A DNA stretch of 64,000 nucleotides from Candidatus Hydrogenedentota bacterium (lineage in GTDB: Bacteria; Hydrogenedentota; Hydrogenedentia; Hydrogenedentales; SLHB01): assembly GCA_045863335.1 (NCBI GenBank), contig BTVY01000015.1, forward strand, positions 69,518-133,517, given 5' to 3'. Shown here piece after piece: positions 1-10,506 of the stretch. Under the pieces are notes generated by a model. It made no database searches and was not told the DNA's origin. It saw nothing but the letters and a program-made list of their open reading frames with translations. A program made the translations under genes and the position numbers. Position 1 is the first letter of the stretch, and the number at the start of each line of letters is the position of its first letter.

Positions 1-422
1 CGTACCGGTTCGCCTGCTTCGCTAGTGCCTTCCAAGGCGATCTCGTAGACCTTGCCGGGCTGCCAGTCCGCGTACAGGGAAACGGAAAAGTCTTCGCTGC
101 CGTGTACCCAACGGTTCCCATTAAAGACGCTATGATTGGCGATGACGAACGGGTCTTTTTCGTCGCCATTCACCAGAACCCGCTCAACCTGAAACGCCGG
201 AGCCGCGTTTTTCGGAAACTTCGCCACGAGGTCGTAGGTGACGTTGGCGAATTCGCCGACGGGCTGAAACTCCACGGTCTGCGGTCCTGCAGGCGCGGTG
301 GACTCCGTGAATCCGGATGGCCGCGGGTGGCGCAAATCGGCCGCGCGTTCCGCAGCCGAGATTCCGGAACCGGCAAAAGCAATCAATAGAACGAGTGTCG
401 CGGCGAAAGCAGCGCTACGCAT
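1..422 (-). CDS. Secreted hypothetical protein, runs off the window edge (partial)
   Basis: Hand translation from ATG at 422: MRSAAFAATLVLLIAFAGSGISAAERAADL..., open to position 1. Signal-peptide-like N-terminus and GAGGAG RBS. Not in the ORF track because it lacks a stop in the window. Confidence 0.75.
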   Translation of the reverse strand, partial: MRSAAFAATLVLLIAFAGSGISAAERAADLRHPRPSGFTESTAPAGPQTVEFQPVGEFANVTYDLVAKFPKNAAPAFQVERVLVNGDEKDPFVIANHSVFNGNRWVHGSEDFSVSLYADWQPGKVYEIALEGTSEAGEPV

Positions 423-452
423 GTCGGGTCTCCTCGGTTCGTTGCAGTTTCG

Positions 453-626
453 TCACTCGTGTTTCTTGTTCTGTTTTGCTTCGTGTTCTTCACGAAGGAT
501 ACGCAGCAATGCCCGGATATCCAAGGCCCCTCCAATGGTTACCCAAAGGGACATGATGGTGAAGGCGGCCACGCTTACGATAAAGACGGCCTTCCAAAGG
601 CTCATCCAGAACTCGATTGAATCCAT
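453..626 (-). CDS. Small single-TM membrane protein (57 aa) downstream of SSS transporter
   Basis: MDSIEFWMSLWKAVFIVSVAAFTIMSLWVTIGGALDIRALLRILREEHEAKQNKKHE*. AAGGA RBS; fills the gap between co-oriented genes; below the ORF-track cutoff. Confidence 0.75.
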   Translation of the reverse strand: MDSIEFWMSLWKAVFIVSVAAFTIMSLWVTIGGALDIRALLRILREEHEAKQNKKHE

Positions 627-665
627 AACCGAAATCCTTTTTGGTTCAACGCGTGGAACAAGCGC

Positions 666-2267
666 TTACGCGGCCGATTCCGCGGCAGTGTCTTCGTCAG
701 GGCGCTTCCTATCGGGAAACAAGAGCGAACCAATAATCATCACGGTGAGCGCCAGCAAAACGACGGCTAACCCAACCCGCTGGCTCGGCAGGTACGTGGC
801 CATGATGTGCTCGGCCCGCGTCAGATCGATGCGCAGCACAGTCAATAACAAGAACCGTTGCAGGGCTTCGAGTCCCAGCACCGCCAGACCGCCCGTGCAC
901 ATGGCCAGCACCGCGCCGGTCGAACTGGCGCGCTTCCAGTAGAGCCCGCCGAGCAGGACACTAAAGGCGCCGGTGAAATAGATCGCACCGCTTACGGTCA
1001 GGAAGTCCCACAGGTCCTGGCGCAGCGGATAGACGTAGCTCATAATAAAGATCGTGATCCCGATCAAGAGGACAAAGCCACGGGTCGTCCATACCCGGGC
1101 TTTTTGCGACATGTGGTTCCTGGACAAGGGCACGACCACGTCGTTGGTGAGCACCGAACTCCAGCAGAGGAAGTAGCCGCTGTCCGTCGACATCATTGCC
1201 GCGACCATGGCCGCCGTAATCAGCCCGATCATACCGACGGGAAGCGTGCGGCTGAAGAACACCGGCATGCCGTACAAGGAATCCACGGCCGTCGCGCCTT
1301 CCGCAGTCGGGAAGAAGGCTTCCTTCAGCGCGGGCGATCCCATTATGAACACGAAGGCGGCGATGCCCCAGAAATACGGCACAATCATGCGAATGGCATA
1401 GGAGATGGAGGCCCACATGAATTGCTTCTTCACGACCGATACGTTCTCACTGGCGAGCGCGCGCGCGACCGAAGTGGGCCAAACCGCGCAACTGACCACG
1501 CCCATGAAAACCATCCAAAGCACGTAGTCGACGCCAAATGCGCTTTCCGCCTCGAAGGGATTGAAACCCGCCGAACCCTTCAGTTCGGCCACCGTGTTAA
1601 AGACATGATTCCACCCGACCTCGTGGATTGCGAGCATGGTTCCAAGCACCATGCCGAAGGCCAGTACCACGAACTGGAGGTAGTCGGTCAAGACGACGGA
1701 CACCATGCCGCCGAGCACGGTATAAAACAACTCGACAGCGACGAGGACGATCATGAGCATGAGCAGCGCCCGGTCGCTCTCGAGACCCATGACGGCCTGA
1801 AGGAACATGGCGCCGGCTTTGAGGAACATGCTCATGTTGAGGATGCCGCCAAAGGCCAGCATCAGTCCGCCCAGGACTTGCGTCTTGCGCCCGAACCGCT
1901 TGCGGTAGAAGTCGGGAATGGTCAAGGCGTTGTGCTTGCGGAGGGGCCCGATGATGAAGCCGCTCGCGCCGATCATGAAGGCGACGATGCCCGCGGCCAA
2001 ACCAATATGAAAGGCCGCAAATCCGCCGTTAAACCCCTTTTGGGCCGCGTACATGACAGTCACCAGCCCAAGTTCCGTTCCGGTCAGCGTCGCGACGCCC
2101 AGCGCCGTCCGCACGCCGCGTCCCGCGACGACGTAGTCGTCCATGTCTGAAATATAGCGACGCGCCACCAAACCAAACGCGATGGTGGCCACCATATAGA
2201 CGAAGAGAATCGCCCAGTCTACCCCCGTGAAATTGGTGTGTTGAAAGATGTCGCCGAATTGTTCCAT
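666..2267 (-). CDS. Sodium:solute symporter (SSS/SLC5) family transporter
   Basis: Many TM helices; DYVVAGR, YTVLGGMVSVVLTDYLQ and AAMVAAMMST motifs. Likely start MEQFGD at 2267. Confidence 0.92.
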   Translation of the reverse strand: MEQFGDIFQHTNFTGVDWAILFVYMVATIAFGLVARRYISDMDDYVVAGRGVRTALGVATLTGTELGLVTVMYAAQKGFNGGFAAFHIGLAAGIVAFMIGASGFIIGPLRKHNALTIPDFYRKRFGRKTQVLGGLMLAFGGILNMSMFLKAGAMFLQAVMGLESDRALLMLMIVLVAVELFYTVLGGMVSVVLTDYLQFVVLAFGMVLGTMLAIHEVGWNHVFNTVAELKGSAGFNPFEAESAFGVDYVLWMVFMGVVSCAVWPTSVARALASENVSVVKKQFMWASISYAIRMIVPYFWGIAAFVFIMGSPALKEAFFPTAEGATAVDSLYGMPVFFSRTLPVGMIGLITAAMVAAMMSTDSGYFLCWSSVLTNDVVVPLSRNHMSQKARVWTTRGFVLLIGITIFIMSYVYPLRQDLWDFLTVSGAIYFTGAFSVLLGGLYWKRASSTGAVLAMCTGGLAVLGLEALQRFLLLTVLRIDLTRAEHIMATYLPSQRVGLAVVLLALTVMIIGSLLFPDRKRPDEDTAAESAA

Positions 2268-2438
2268 GTTCCCCTTCCACGGTGCGTCTCGCGTGGCATA
2301 GAACGGCCAATGCGGGAGGCACCCTCGCCGCTTCGAGCAACCCAATGGGTGGACGGACATGCTAGCACGTGGCCGTGGCGTGCGCAACGCGGCGATGGCG
2401 AGTGACCGGAAAGTCCGTCCGTTGGCCTACATGGAACA

Positions 2439-2482
2439 ACTCGGCCCCGGTGGCAGGTACTCCACCGGGGCGAGTCGTTTCT
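2439..2482. terminator. Stem-loop, putative intrinsic terminator
   Basis: CCCCGGTGG...CCACCGGGG inverted repeat downstream of the FG-GAP gene. Confidence 0.5.
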
Positions 2483-2504
2483 TAAACCAGTGAGGGACTA
2501 ACGA

Positions 2505-4778
2505 TCATCTGCCACGGCAGTGATTCCCGCGATTCGTATCCTTGCCGTAGCTCTTATCTCGGCCATTCCAGTCGTTGCGATTGTTGCCCTTGCCGTGACC
2601 GTGATTGGAGTGGCCATTGCTATGATGGCCGTGGTGACCGTTGCCGTGACACCCGTGCGGACGCGGATCCGTGAGCTGTGCCAACAGCGCCATTTCGTCC
2701 TGCAGCTCGGCCACGAGCGACGACTTCATGTCCGAGGCTTTGATCCAATCGGCAGGGTTTGACCGACCATCCAGCCGCTGGTACACCTCTACCAGCTTCC
2801 CGGTAGCGGATTTGTACCGGTCCGCATCGACATGGTTGGCCGCGCTGTAAAGTGATTCGGCCATGGATTGAATCCGGTAGGCGGCGCATCTCGCATTTTT
2901 GGTCTCAACCAGATCCAGCGGCAGCGACGCCATAGCCGCTGCGGTCTCACGAATCTTGGCCGCGACAACAGTAGCCAATGTTTCCGGGTTGAGCGGATCG
3001 GGGTCTTCCCCGTCCTGGATGCCGTCTCCATCGGTGTCGGGATCGCATACGCTCGTTCCTATCGCGAGGATCTCGTCGCCGTCAGAAAGGCCGTCGCCGT
3101 CGGAGTCCGGATTGAAGGGATCGAGGCATCCGTCCTGTTTGGCAAGGTCGCGTTCGACGCCATCGAGGAGCCCGTCGCCGTCAGAGTCGATAAGATCGTC
3201 CTTCGGATCAAGCGGATCCGTGCCGTCGACGAGGACTTCGGTGCCATCGTTCACACCACCGTTGTCCGAGTCCGGGTTAAGCGGGTCCGTGCCGTCTATG
3301 AGGACCTCATCGCCGTCGGAAAGGCCATCGCCGTCGGTATCGGCGTTGGCGGGATCGGTGCCGTACACGTCCGTCTCTTCGGTGTCGGTTAACCCGTCAC
3401 CGTCGGTATCGAGATCGACAACCACCGCTTCGACGCTCAAGATCCACACGGCGCCGCGGGAAGGTCCGCCGTCGTCGTCGAAGTAGGCGCCCACGGCAAC
3501 TTCAGGCATGTGGTCGCCATCGAGATCGCCCACGGCGGCGACGGCGTTACCAAAGCGATCGCCCGCGCGGAGCGTCCCGGCAAAGCCGCTTTCAAGGGCG
3601 CTGATCTTCTGATGGTCGTGCACGGTACCGTCGCCATTCAGGAACAGCGTGTACGCCGCTCCGAAGGTACTACCGCCATCGTCGTCGCCGTACGCGCCCA
3701 CGGTAATGTCCTGAATACCGTCGTTGTCGAGGTCGCCAATCCCGGCGACGGAGATGCCGAACCAATCGGAATTGTCCAGGGTCGCTGTGAACCCGCCCTG
3801 TGTATTGCTGATCTTCTGGTAGGACTTCACGGTCCCGTCCGCGTTGAGGAAGAGCATCCATACGGCACCGCGCTGAGCCCCGCCGTCGTCGTCGCCAATG
3901 GCGCCCACCGCCAGGTCGGGCACGCCGTCCATATTCAAATCGCCGACGCCAGTCACTGAGGTGCCGAAGGTGTCAAAGTTAACAAGGTCCGCGGCAAAGT
4001 TACCTTCCGTGTCGCTGATCTTTTGGGTCGATGAAACCGTGCCGTCGGCATTGAGGAATAGCACCCACACCGCGCCGCGATTGGTGCCGCCATCGTCGTC
4101 GTTCAGGGCTCCTGCCGCGAGGTCAACGAATCCGTCGCCATTCAGATCGCCGAGGGCGGTCAGGGCATTACCAAAGTTATCCAGGAACCCTAATCCACCC
4201 GAGAACCCGCCGGAAAGCGCGCTGATTTTCTGATGCGACTTCACGGTCCCATCGGCGTTGAGGAAGAGCAGCCACACTGCGCCAAGATCCGCGCCTCCGT
4301 CGTCATCGTTCATGGCGCCGGCGGCGAGATCCGGGATTCCATCCCCATCCAAATCACCGGTCGAACAGAGGGCGACGCCGAAGAGATCGTTGTCGTCGAG
4401 CGCTCCCGAGAAGTTGCCGGATAGCGCGCCGATCTTCTGTGACGCTCGAACCGTCGCGTCGGCGTTCATGAACAGAACCCACACCGCGCCGCGGTCCGTT
4501 CCGCCGTCGTCATCAAACGGCGCACCAACGGCCAGGTCCGAAATGCCATCGCCATCCACGTCGCCGAGCGCGCAAACGGCGTAACCGAACTGATCGCTGT
4601 CGTCGAGCGCACCGGTGAAACCGCCGGTCACGCTGCTGATCTTCTGCCCGTAGAGCACTTCACCCGGCGCGGCGGCGGCGATAGTTGCGACGATACACAC
4701 GAGCAGTGCGAAGAGAGGTACGTTCGGCAAGTTGGAGGAAAAAGCGCGGCGGATCGGTTTGTGTGAATGTGCGACCAT
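2505..4778 (-). CDS. Secreted integrin-alpha/FG-GAP beta-propeller protein with Ca-binding DxDxDG (TSP3-like) repeats and His/Gly/Asn-rich tail
   Basis: About seven GDLDGDG..DLAVGA..DDDGG..RGAVW repeats, then DTDGDGLSDGDE repeats. Start uncertain (4778 or 4853). Confidence 0.88.
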   Translation of the reverse strand: MVAHSHKPIRRAFSSNLPNVPLFALLVCIVATIAAAAPGEVLYGQKISSVTGGFTGALDDSDQFGYAVCALGDVDGDGISDLAVGAPFDDDGGTDRGAVWVLFMNADATVRASQKIGALSGNFSGALDDNDLFGVALCSTGDLDGDGIPDLAAGAMNDDDGGADLGAVWLLFLNADGTVKSHQKISALSGGFSGGLGFLDNFGNALTALGDLNGDGFVDLAAGALNDDDGGTNRGAVWVLFLNADGTVSSTQKISDTEGNFAADLVNFDTFGTSVTGVGDLNMDGVPDLAVGAIGDDDGGAQRGAVWMLFLNADGTVKSYQKISNTQGGFTATLDNSDWFGISVAGIGDLDNDGIQDITVGAYGDDDGGSTFGAAYTLFLNGDGTVHDHQKISALESGFAGTLRAGDRFGNAVAAVGDLDGDHMPEVAVGAYFDDDGGPSRGAVWILSVEAVVVDLDTDGDGLTDTEETDVYGTDPANADTDGDGLSDGDEVLIDGTDPLNPDSDNGGVNDGTEVLVDGTDPLDPKDDLIDSDGDGLLDGVERDLAKQDGCLDPFNPDSDGDGLSDGDEILAIGTSVCDPDTDGDGIQDGEDPDPLNPETLATVVAAKIRETAAAMASLPLDLVETKNARCAAYRIQSMAESLYSAANHVDADRYKSATGKLVEVYQRLDGRSNPADWIKASDMKSSLVAELQDEMALLAQLTDPRPHGCHGNGHHGHHSNGHSNHGHGKGNNRNDWNGRDKSYGKDTNRGNHCRGR

Positions 4779-5061
4779 AGATTTGCCACTCCTCATCGTA
4801 GGGCAAAAGCACGGTCGCCAGCACCGTATGACATCGAGTCCCAAGCACTCCATCCGGCGCGCTCAAAGGAGCGCCGATTTCCCCATCCCGGAGGAGGTCG
4901 GCTGAATTGTACCATCTGTCGGAGAAAAGTGGCGGAGAAGTGGCTATCCCGAAATCGTGCAAGAATGCAATTGTGCGAAAACTGGCCATCATGTACTGTT
5001 GATGGCATTGAAGTTGTGCGGTTCGCTTGGATGCGCGAGATTTTGTGATGGAGGGGATATC

Positions 5062-6180
5062 GTGCCGAACATCACGGTGGAAACAACTGGGCTTGTCTTT
5101 CGAAATCCTGTGCCAAACGTTCGACCGCGGCAGGCTTATTTCCCGTCTGTGGTGGAACTGCCAAATCGGGAGATTCTGGCTGCCTTCGAACTCGGCAGCG
5201 CCATGGAAAACGTCGATGTGCGGTTGCACCTGGCGCGTTCTGGGGATGGCGGTGCGACGTGGTCAGAGCCGGTTGTCGTTTTTGAATATGAACGGGACGA
5301 AAAGCCGGTTTCAACCCTCGGGCGCATGAGCCGTTTGAAAGACGGCACACTCGTGGCTGTCATCCTGCTGTGCGACCGGTCACGCCATGAAGAGGGTTTG
5401 GCCAATCCGGTCACCGAAGGCTATGTCGAAACGACCTTTGCGATCATCGAGTCGACGGATGGTGGCCGCACCTGGTCGGCGCCGCGCATCATTGACCCTC
5501 CCATCGACTGGTCGGTGTTTGAGATCTGTTCGCCAATCCTCGAAGTGAGCGACACGCGCTGGATGTTGCCGACCTCGCTCTGGAAGGACTGGGACGGGAA
5601 CTGCCCGCACGGGATGAAAGCCGTCACGCTGATCTCCGACGACCGCGGACGGACGTGGAATCGGTGCGTGGACGTGTTCAATCAGTGGGACCAACACGTC
5701 ACGAGTTGGGAACAGAAACAGACGCGGCTCAGCGATGGGCGGTGGCTGGCAATGTGTTGGGCGCACGATTATACGAACGCGAAGAGCCTGCCCAACCGCT
5801 ATGCGTTTTCCTCGGATGACTGCTTTTCGTACAGCCTTCCCTCGGTTGCTCCATTGAATGGCGAAACGTGTACTCCGCTGGCGTTACCGGACAACCGCGT
5901 CCTGTTCGTCTACCGGCGCTTCGACCAACGGGGCCTCTGGGCGCATCTCGCGGAATTCGAGGGCGAAACGTGGAAGCCGCTCGCCGACGCGCCGTTGTGG
6001 GGCGCCGATCGGGCGCTGTATGGGAAGGACTCCACGAACAAGCTGGAAGAAATGCGCACGCTCCGGTTTGGATTTCCTCAGTGCGTGCACCTCTCGGATA
6101 GGGCAATCTTCGTCGCGTTCTGGTGTGTGGAAGACTGCGTCGCCTGCATCCGATGGTTCCGTTTGCGGGTGGAGATGTAG
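5062..6180 (+). CDS. Sialidase-like BNR/Asp-box repeat protein
   Basis: Asp-boxes SGDGGATWS, STDGGRTWS, SDDRGRTWN. GTG start at 5062 with GGAGGG RBS. Confidence 0.85.
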   Translation: MPNITVETTGLVFRNPVPNVRPRQAYFPSVVELPNREILAAFELGSAMENVDVRLHLARSGDGGATWSEPVVVFEYERDEKPVSTLGRMSRLKDGTLVAVILLCDRSRHEEGLANPVTEGYVETTFAIIESTDGGRTWSAPRIIDPPIDWSVFEICSPILEVSDTRWMLPTSLWKDWDGNCPHGMKAVTLISDDRGRTWNRCVDVFNQWDQHVTSWEQKQTRLSDGRWLAMCWAHDYTNAKSLPNRYAFSSDDCFSYSLPSVAPLNGETCTPLALPDNRVLFVYRRFDQRGLWAHLAEFEGETWKPLADAPLWGADRALYGKDSTNKLEEMRTLRFGFPQCVHLSDRAIFVAFWCVEDCVACIRWFRLRVEM

Positions 6181-6253
6181 CGCAGGCGTCCTCGCCTGCA
6201 TTCTGGATCGCGGGTGGTTACGAAAGATGCCGGCGAGGACGCCTGCGCTACAT
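6175..6253. repeat. GTAG-type REP doublet (inverted repeat)
   Basis: ATGTAGCGCAGGCGTCCTCGCC ... GGCGAGGACGCCTGCGCTACAT, a 22-bp inverted pair between convergent genes. Confidence 0.8.
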
Positions 6254-6257
6254 GGTT

Positions 6258-7754
6258 CTACATCTCCCGCGAGGAGATGTTGCCCCGGAGCGTCAAACTC
6301 GGATCGGCGGCGGGAGCCTTGAATACCAAACTGAGTAGGAGGCCCACCACGAAGCACAGACCGAAGCTGAAGGGGAAGTAGTAGACAAAGTGCACGTCCG
6401 TCAATCGTTGGAGCGCGATGGTGGCCGGTACGGCAATAGCGACACCGCAGATCCACGCGGCGAAGGATCCGCGGCTCGTCAGAATCCCCAGTAGAAACAG
6501 GGCGAGCACGGGACCGGAGAATAGCCCGAGAAACACCTGAGCTGTCTTCAGGATCTCACCAATCGTTGTCGCAAAGAACGCGACGCCTGTGGCGAACACG
6601 CCGAATACCACCACCAGCACACGCGCAATCCATAGGTCTTTCTTATCGTCAGCATTCGACCCGCGGGCCGGGCGGATGAAATCGTTCACCACCACGGTCG
6701 ATAGCGAGTTGATCCCCGAGTCCATGCTGGACATGGCGGCAGCGAAGATCCCGGCGATGACGAGTCCGGAGACTCCAGCGGGCAAGGCATGCACGATGTA
6801 ATAGGGGAAAACCTGGTCGCCTACGATGCCGTCCGGCAGGCGGTCAGGCCACGCCTGATGGTAAGCGAAGAGCCCAAGTCCGATGAACGCCAGAACGCCA
6901 ACGATGGCGACCGACATGAGCGCATTCACTACGGTTGCACGCGCCATAGCGCCGAGCGACCGCGTAGCCAGCAGGCGTTGGACCGTGATCTGATCGACGC
7001 CGTAATCGTGCAGGAAGTTGAAGAAGTACGAAACGGCCACCACGGTCACGGTCATGTGTGTGAGGCTTGGCTTCCACTCGAGCAGGTTGAGGTGCCCTGT
7101 CTCTCCCGCGACGCGCAGGATCTCGGGCACGCCACCGGGCACTTCCCGCATCAGCGACGCGGCCACCAGCAACGCTCCGCAAACCAGGATGACAAACTGT
7201 GCGGCATCCGTCCAAATGACAGCGGCGAGACCGCCCAACGCCGTGTAGGCCGTGGCGAGAAGCCCCATAAGCACAATGGCCAACCACAGTTCGATTCCGG
7301 TTACGACGGACAACGCGAGCGCCGGGGCGTAAATGACGGTACCGAGCCAGCCCAGGCGAGCGCACACGAAGAGACCGGAAACACAATAGCGGGCGTTCGC
7401 GCCGAATCGTTGCAGGATGTATTCGTACGACGTGGTCACGTTGAGCCGCTGGTAGAAAGGCAAAAACAGCAGAATGATGAAGGGCGCGACGGCGGGCATC
7501 ATAAGGATGCCGACCATGATGGATAGGTTCTCGCCGTACACGAGACCGGGGACGCCCATGTAGGTGACCGCGCTCGTGATGGTCGCGAAGACGCTCATGG
7601 CCACGATGAACCACGGCACGTTGCGTCCGGCGAGGAAGAAGTCCGTGGTCGTCTTCTGCTTGCCCGAAACGAGGAGGCCGATACCCACGACGATTGCGAG
7701 GTACACTACGAGCACGGCGTAGTTCGCCGCGCCGAACGCCACAGATTCCGTCAT
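6258..7754 (-). CDS. Sodium:solute symporter (sialic acid/sugar SSS-like)
   Basis: DFFLAGR, YTALGGLAAVIWTD, DQITVQRLL, AAAMSSMDSGINS. Start MTESVAF. Confidence 0.93.
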   Translation of the reverse strand: MTESVAFGAANYAVLVVYLAIVVGIGLLVSGKQKTTTDFFLAGRNVPWFIVAMSVFATITSAVTYMGVPGLVYGENLSIMVGILMMPAVAPFIILLFLPFYQRLNVTTSYEYILQRFGANARYCVSGLFVCARLGWLGTVIYAPALALSVVTGIELWLAIVLMGLLATAYTALGGLAAVIWTDAAQFVILVCGALLVAASLMREVPGGVPEILRVAGETGHLNLLEWKPSLTHMTVTVVAVSYFFNFLHDYGVDQITVQRLLATRSLGAMARATVVNALMSVAIVGVLAFIGLGLFAYHQAWPDRLPDGIVGDQVFPYYIVHALPAGVSGLVIAGIFAAAMSSMDSGINSLSTVVVNDFIRPARGSNADDKKDLWIARVLVVVFGVFATGVAFFATTIGEILKTAQVFLGLFSGPVLALFLLGILTSRGSFAAWICGVAIAVPATIALQRLTDVHFVYYFPFSFGLCFVVGLLLSLVFKAPAADPSLTLRGNISSREM

Positions 7755-8143
7755 CGCGGGCACGCCCACCGTTCGGGCTGGACACTCGTTCCAGTAGCGT
7801 GTCGGGACCTCATACGCTCTCCAATCGCCCACAATCGTCTTTGGGGCCACTCCGGGCAACGACGACTACGGAAACAGATTTCAAAACCGATGGCTACGCC
7901 AAACCAGCAGACCCGAACCAAGCGCCGGATGTCAACCGTTAACCGCCCAATTTCCGGCAAATCAACAGAATATTGGCTGCTGCATGAGCCTTTGGGATGA
8001 CCGATTCTACAAGTACGGCGATTTTTACGCGCTTTTGCCAGCATCGCCCAGGCGATGCGATTGGCCTGCGTATTGCTTGGGTACTGCCAACCTTGCGGGG
8101 GAATTGTCCCTCATCAAAAAATCGCACATAGGAGGAAACGGTC

Positions 8144-8854
8144 ATGACGGAAAAGATGGTGCTCGGTCGGGGAATCGTGGTTCTCGCGGTGCTGCTTGCG
8201 GGCGCACATATCGCCACAGCCAAACCTGGTAACGGAAAACCTTTCAAACAGCTCCAGGCGCAGATCAATGTATTAAACGAGACGATTCAAGACCAGCAGA
8301 CGGATCTCGATTCCTTGCAGCAGGCACTCTCCCAGGCGCAGACGGATATCGGAGCCCTTCAGTCCGACTTGGCCGACGCGGTAAGCCAGATTGGCGCTCT
8401 GAACACCCAAGTCCAGAGCCAGCAAACAGAGATTCAGAATCTGGCGACGGAGAATGACACCCAGGATCAGGCCATTGCCGATCTGGCCGCGATGATTACC
8501 AAGGAAGTGCGCGCTTTCGTGTATTCGAATCGGGGACTCGGGGGAGACTTCATCGTCATCAATCCTGCTCCGCTCAACAATCCCGGCAGCAGCGTGGTGG
8601 AAGAAAGCGCCGGCGTATTTCTGGTGACCCTTGACGGGCCGGCTGGTTCGTTCCCGAACGCGGCCGACTCCGTTGCTGTCGCTACGCCGGAAGTGAACGC
8701 TGACATTGCGGGGTCGACTGGCCCAACCCTTTCGGCGACGGTCGCACAGGTAGCCGCGAGCGACACCAACATGCAGTACCGCGTCCGAATTCACGATGCA
8801 GACGGTAATCCCGTCACGGCGGCATTTAACCTGGTCGTGTTGTCGCGCGACTAG
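8144..8854 (+). CDS. Secreted coiled-coil protein with beta-rich C-terminal head
   Basis: AGGAGG RBS, signal peptide, long heptad L/Q repeat region, compact C-terminal domain. Confidence 0.8.
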   Translation: MTEKMVLGRGIVVLAVLLAGAHIATAKPGNGKPFKQLQAQINVLNETIQDQQTDLDSLQQALSQAQTDIGALQSDLADAVSQIGALNTQVQSQQTEIQNLATENDTQDQAIADLAAMITKEVRAFVYSNRGLGGDFIVINPAPLNNPGSSVVEESAGVFLVTLDGPAGSFPNAADSVAVATPEVNADIAGSTGPTLSATVAQVAASDTNMQYRVRIHDADGNPVTAAFNLVVLSRD

Positions 8855-8893
8855 TCGATTTGATATGACGGCGTGATACCGACGCCGGTTTTC

Positions 8894-8939
8894 GCCGCGC
8901 CCGGATGTGGCAGTTTGCCAGCCGGGCGCGGCCTTTTTT
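8894..8939 (+). terminator. Rho-independent terminator
   Basis: GCCGCGCCCGG...CCGGGCGCGGC followed by T6. Confidence 0.7.
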
Positions 8940-9117
8940 CGCCTCCAGAACCCAAGCAACTCTATGATTCATAAGGAGTTTCACAGAAAGATCAATCCGA
9001 TCGATAGCGGCTGCAGCGCGAAATTAGTTTGAAACTTGAGCAATCCGGCTCTACTATAAGCACAAACGTGCGCGGCGTTCGGGGGGAATGCAGCCCGGCG
9101 CACAGAAAGGGGGCTAC

Positions 9118-10443
9118 ATGTCTTTACAACGCGATTCGCATTCCAACCATCCCTCCCGTCGTGCCTTTCTCATTGCCAGTGGCGCCGCCACGGCGAGCGT
9201 GTCGATCGGACTCGGCAGCCGGGCACACGCCGCTTCGGCGGAGAAGCTGGCTGTCGCCGGCGGTCCCAAGGCGGTTACCGCCGACGCGAGCGATGCCACC
9301 AAGTGGCCGCAATACGGGGAAACGGAAGAGCAGGCGGTCCTCGAACTTCTGCGCGCGCCGAACTATGACCCCAACGCGAAACTCGAGAAGGAGTGGGCGG
9401 AATTCCTCGACGTGCCCTACTGCACTTCCCACTGCAACGGGACGAGCGCGCTAGCCTCCATGTTCTTCGCGCTGAATCTGCCGCCGGGCAGCGAGATTAT
9501 GGTGCCGAGTTACACCTTCTTTGCAACGATCGTGCCCATGCGCCTCTTCGGCCTGGTGCCGAATTTCGTCGACATTAACCCGCGCACGTTGAATTTCGAT
9601 CTCGAGGATGCGAAGAAGCGGCTCACACCCAATACGAAGGCCGTGTTGCCGGTGCACTGGATCGGGTTGCCGGCGGATGTCGATCACATCGGCGACTGGG
9701 CGAATGAGAAGGGGCTGATTCTCCTCGAGGATGCTGCGCACGCCCATGGGGCCAAGCTCAAGGGCAAGCGGATGGGATCCTTTGGACGCATGAGCATCTT
9801 CAGCTATCAGGCCACGAAGCCGCTTCCGGCCATCGAGGGCGGGATGGGCGTGTACCAGAACGAAGAGGACTTCGGCCGCGCGACCGCCTTCGGCAACTAC
9901 GACATGAAGGGCATGAGCGAAAACATGCCGTACTACCAATACAAAGGCTCGGGGCTCGGACTGAAGTTCCGCATGCATCCCATTGCGGCGGAATTGGCGC
10001 GGTGCCAGTTGCGCGGTCTCGACGAACGCAACAACGCGGGCGCCGCGCAAGTGCGGCGTTTGAACGATCGGCTCACCCAGTTGCCGGGATTGTACGAACA
10101 GTCCTGTCATCGCGATGACGTGCAACGCCTGTATTACGCCTGGAACATGCTCTTCATCGACGAGAAAGAAGTCGGCGTCTCGCGCGACAAGATCGCTGAC
10201 GCCCTCGCCGCCGAAGGCGTCCAGGTCACGGGACGCCATTACACCCTGCAACACGAACTCCCGTTGTACGCCGAAGAGCAGTGGTGGCACCACAAACCGG
10301 TGATCCCGGAGCTGCCCGGATCGAAACAGGCGAACGATACCTGTCTCGGTTTGCCATACTTCACGAAAGAGGTGCCGGAACTTTGCGAGCAATACGCGCA
10401 GGCTTTCGAGAAAGTCTGGGCCCATCGCGACGAGTTGGCTTAG
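9118..10443 (+). CDS. DegT/DnrJ/EryC1/StrS PLP aminotransferase with twin-arginine leader
   Basis: NGTSAL, VPSYTFFAT, EDAAHAHGA, FSYQATKPLPAIEGG. N-terminal SRRAFL plus hydrophobic stretch and AHA. Confidence 0.92.
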   Translation: MSLQRDSHSNHPSRRAFLIASGAATASVSIGLGSRAHAASAEKLAVAGGPKAVTADASDATKWPQYGETEEQAVLELLRAPNYDPNAKLEKEWAEFLDVPYCTSHCNGTSALASMFFALNLPPGSEIMVPSYTFFATIVPMRLFGLVPNFVDINPRTLNFDLEDAKKRLTPNTKAVLPVHWIGLPADVDHIGDWANEKGLILLEDAAHAHGAKLKGKRMGSFGRMSIFSYQATKPLPAIEGGMGVYQNEEDFGRATAFGNYDMKGMSENMPYYQYKGSGLGLKFRMHPIAAELARCQLRGLDERNNAGAAQVRRLNDRLTQLPGLYEQSCHRDDVQRLYYAWNMLFIDEKEVGVSRDKIADALAAEGVQVTGRHYTLQHELPLYAEEQWWHHKPVIPELPGSKQANDTCLGLPYFTKEVPELCEQYAQAFEKVWAHRDELA

Positions 10444-10506
10444 CCGGACGTTTCGTCCGCGGGGTATGGACCACGCGGACGCTACATAGCTTTGGGGGGT
10501 AATTCC

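Noticed and set aside
2990-4640. Repetitive DNA as a possible non-coding array
   Set aside because: Explained by FG-GAP and DxDxDG protein repeats.
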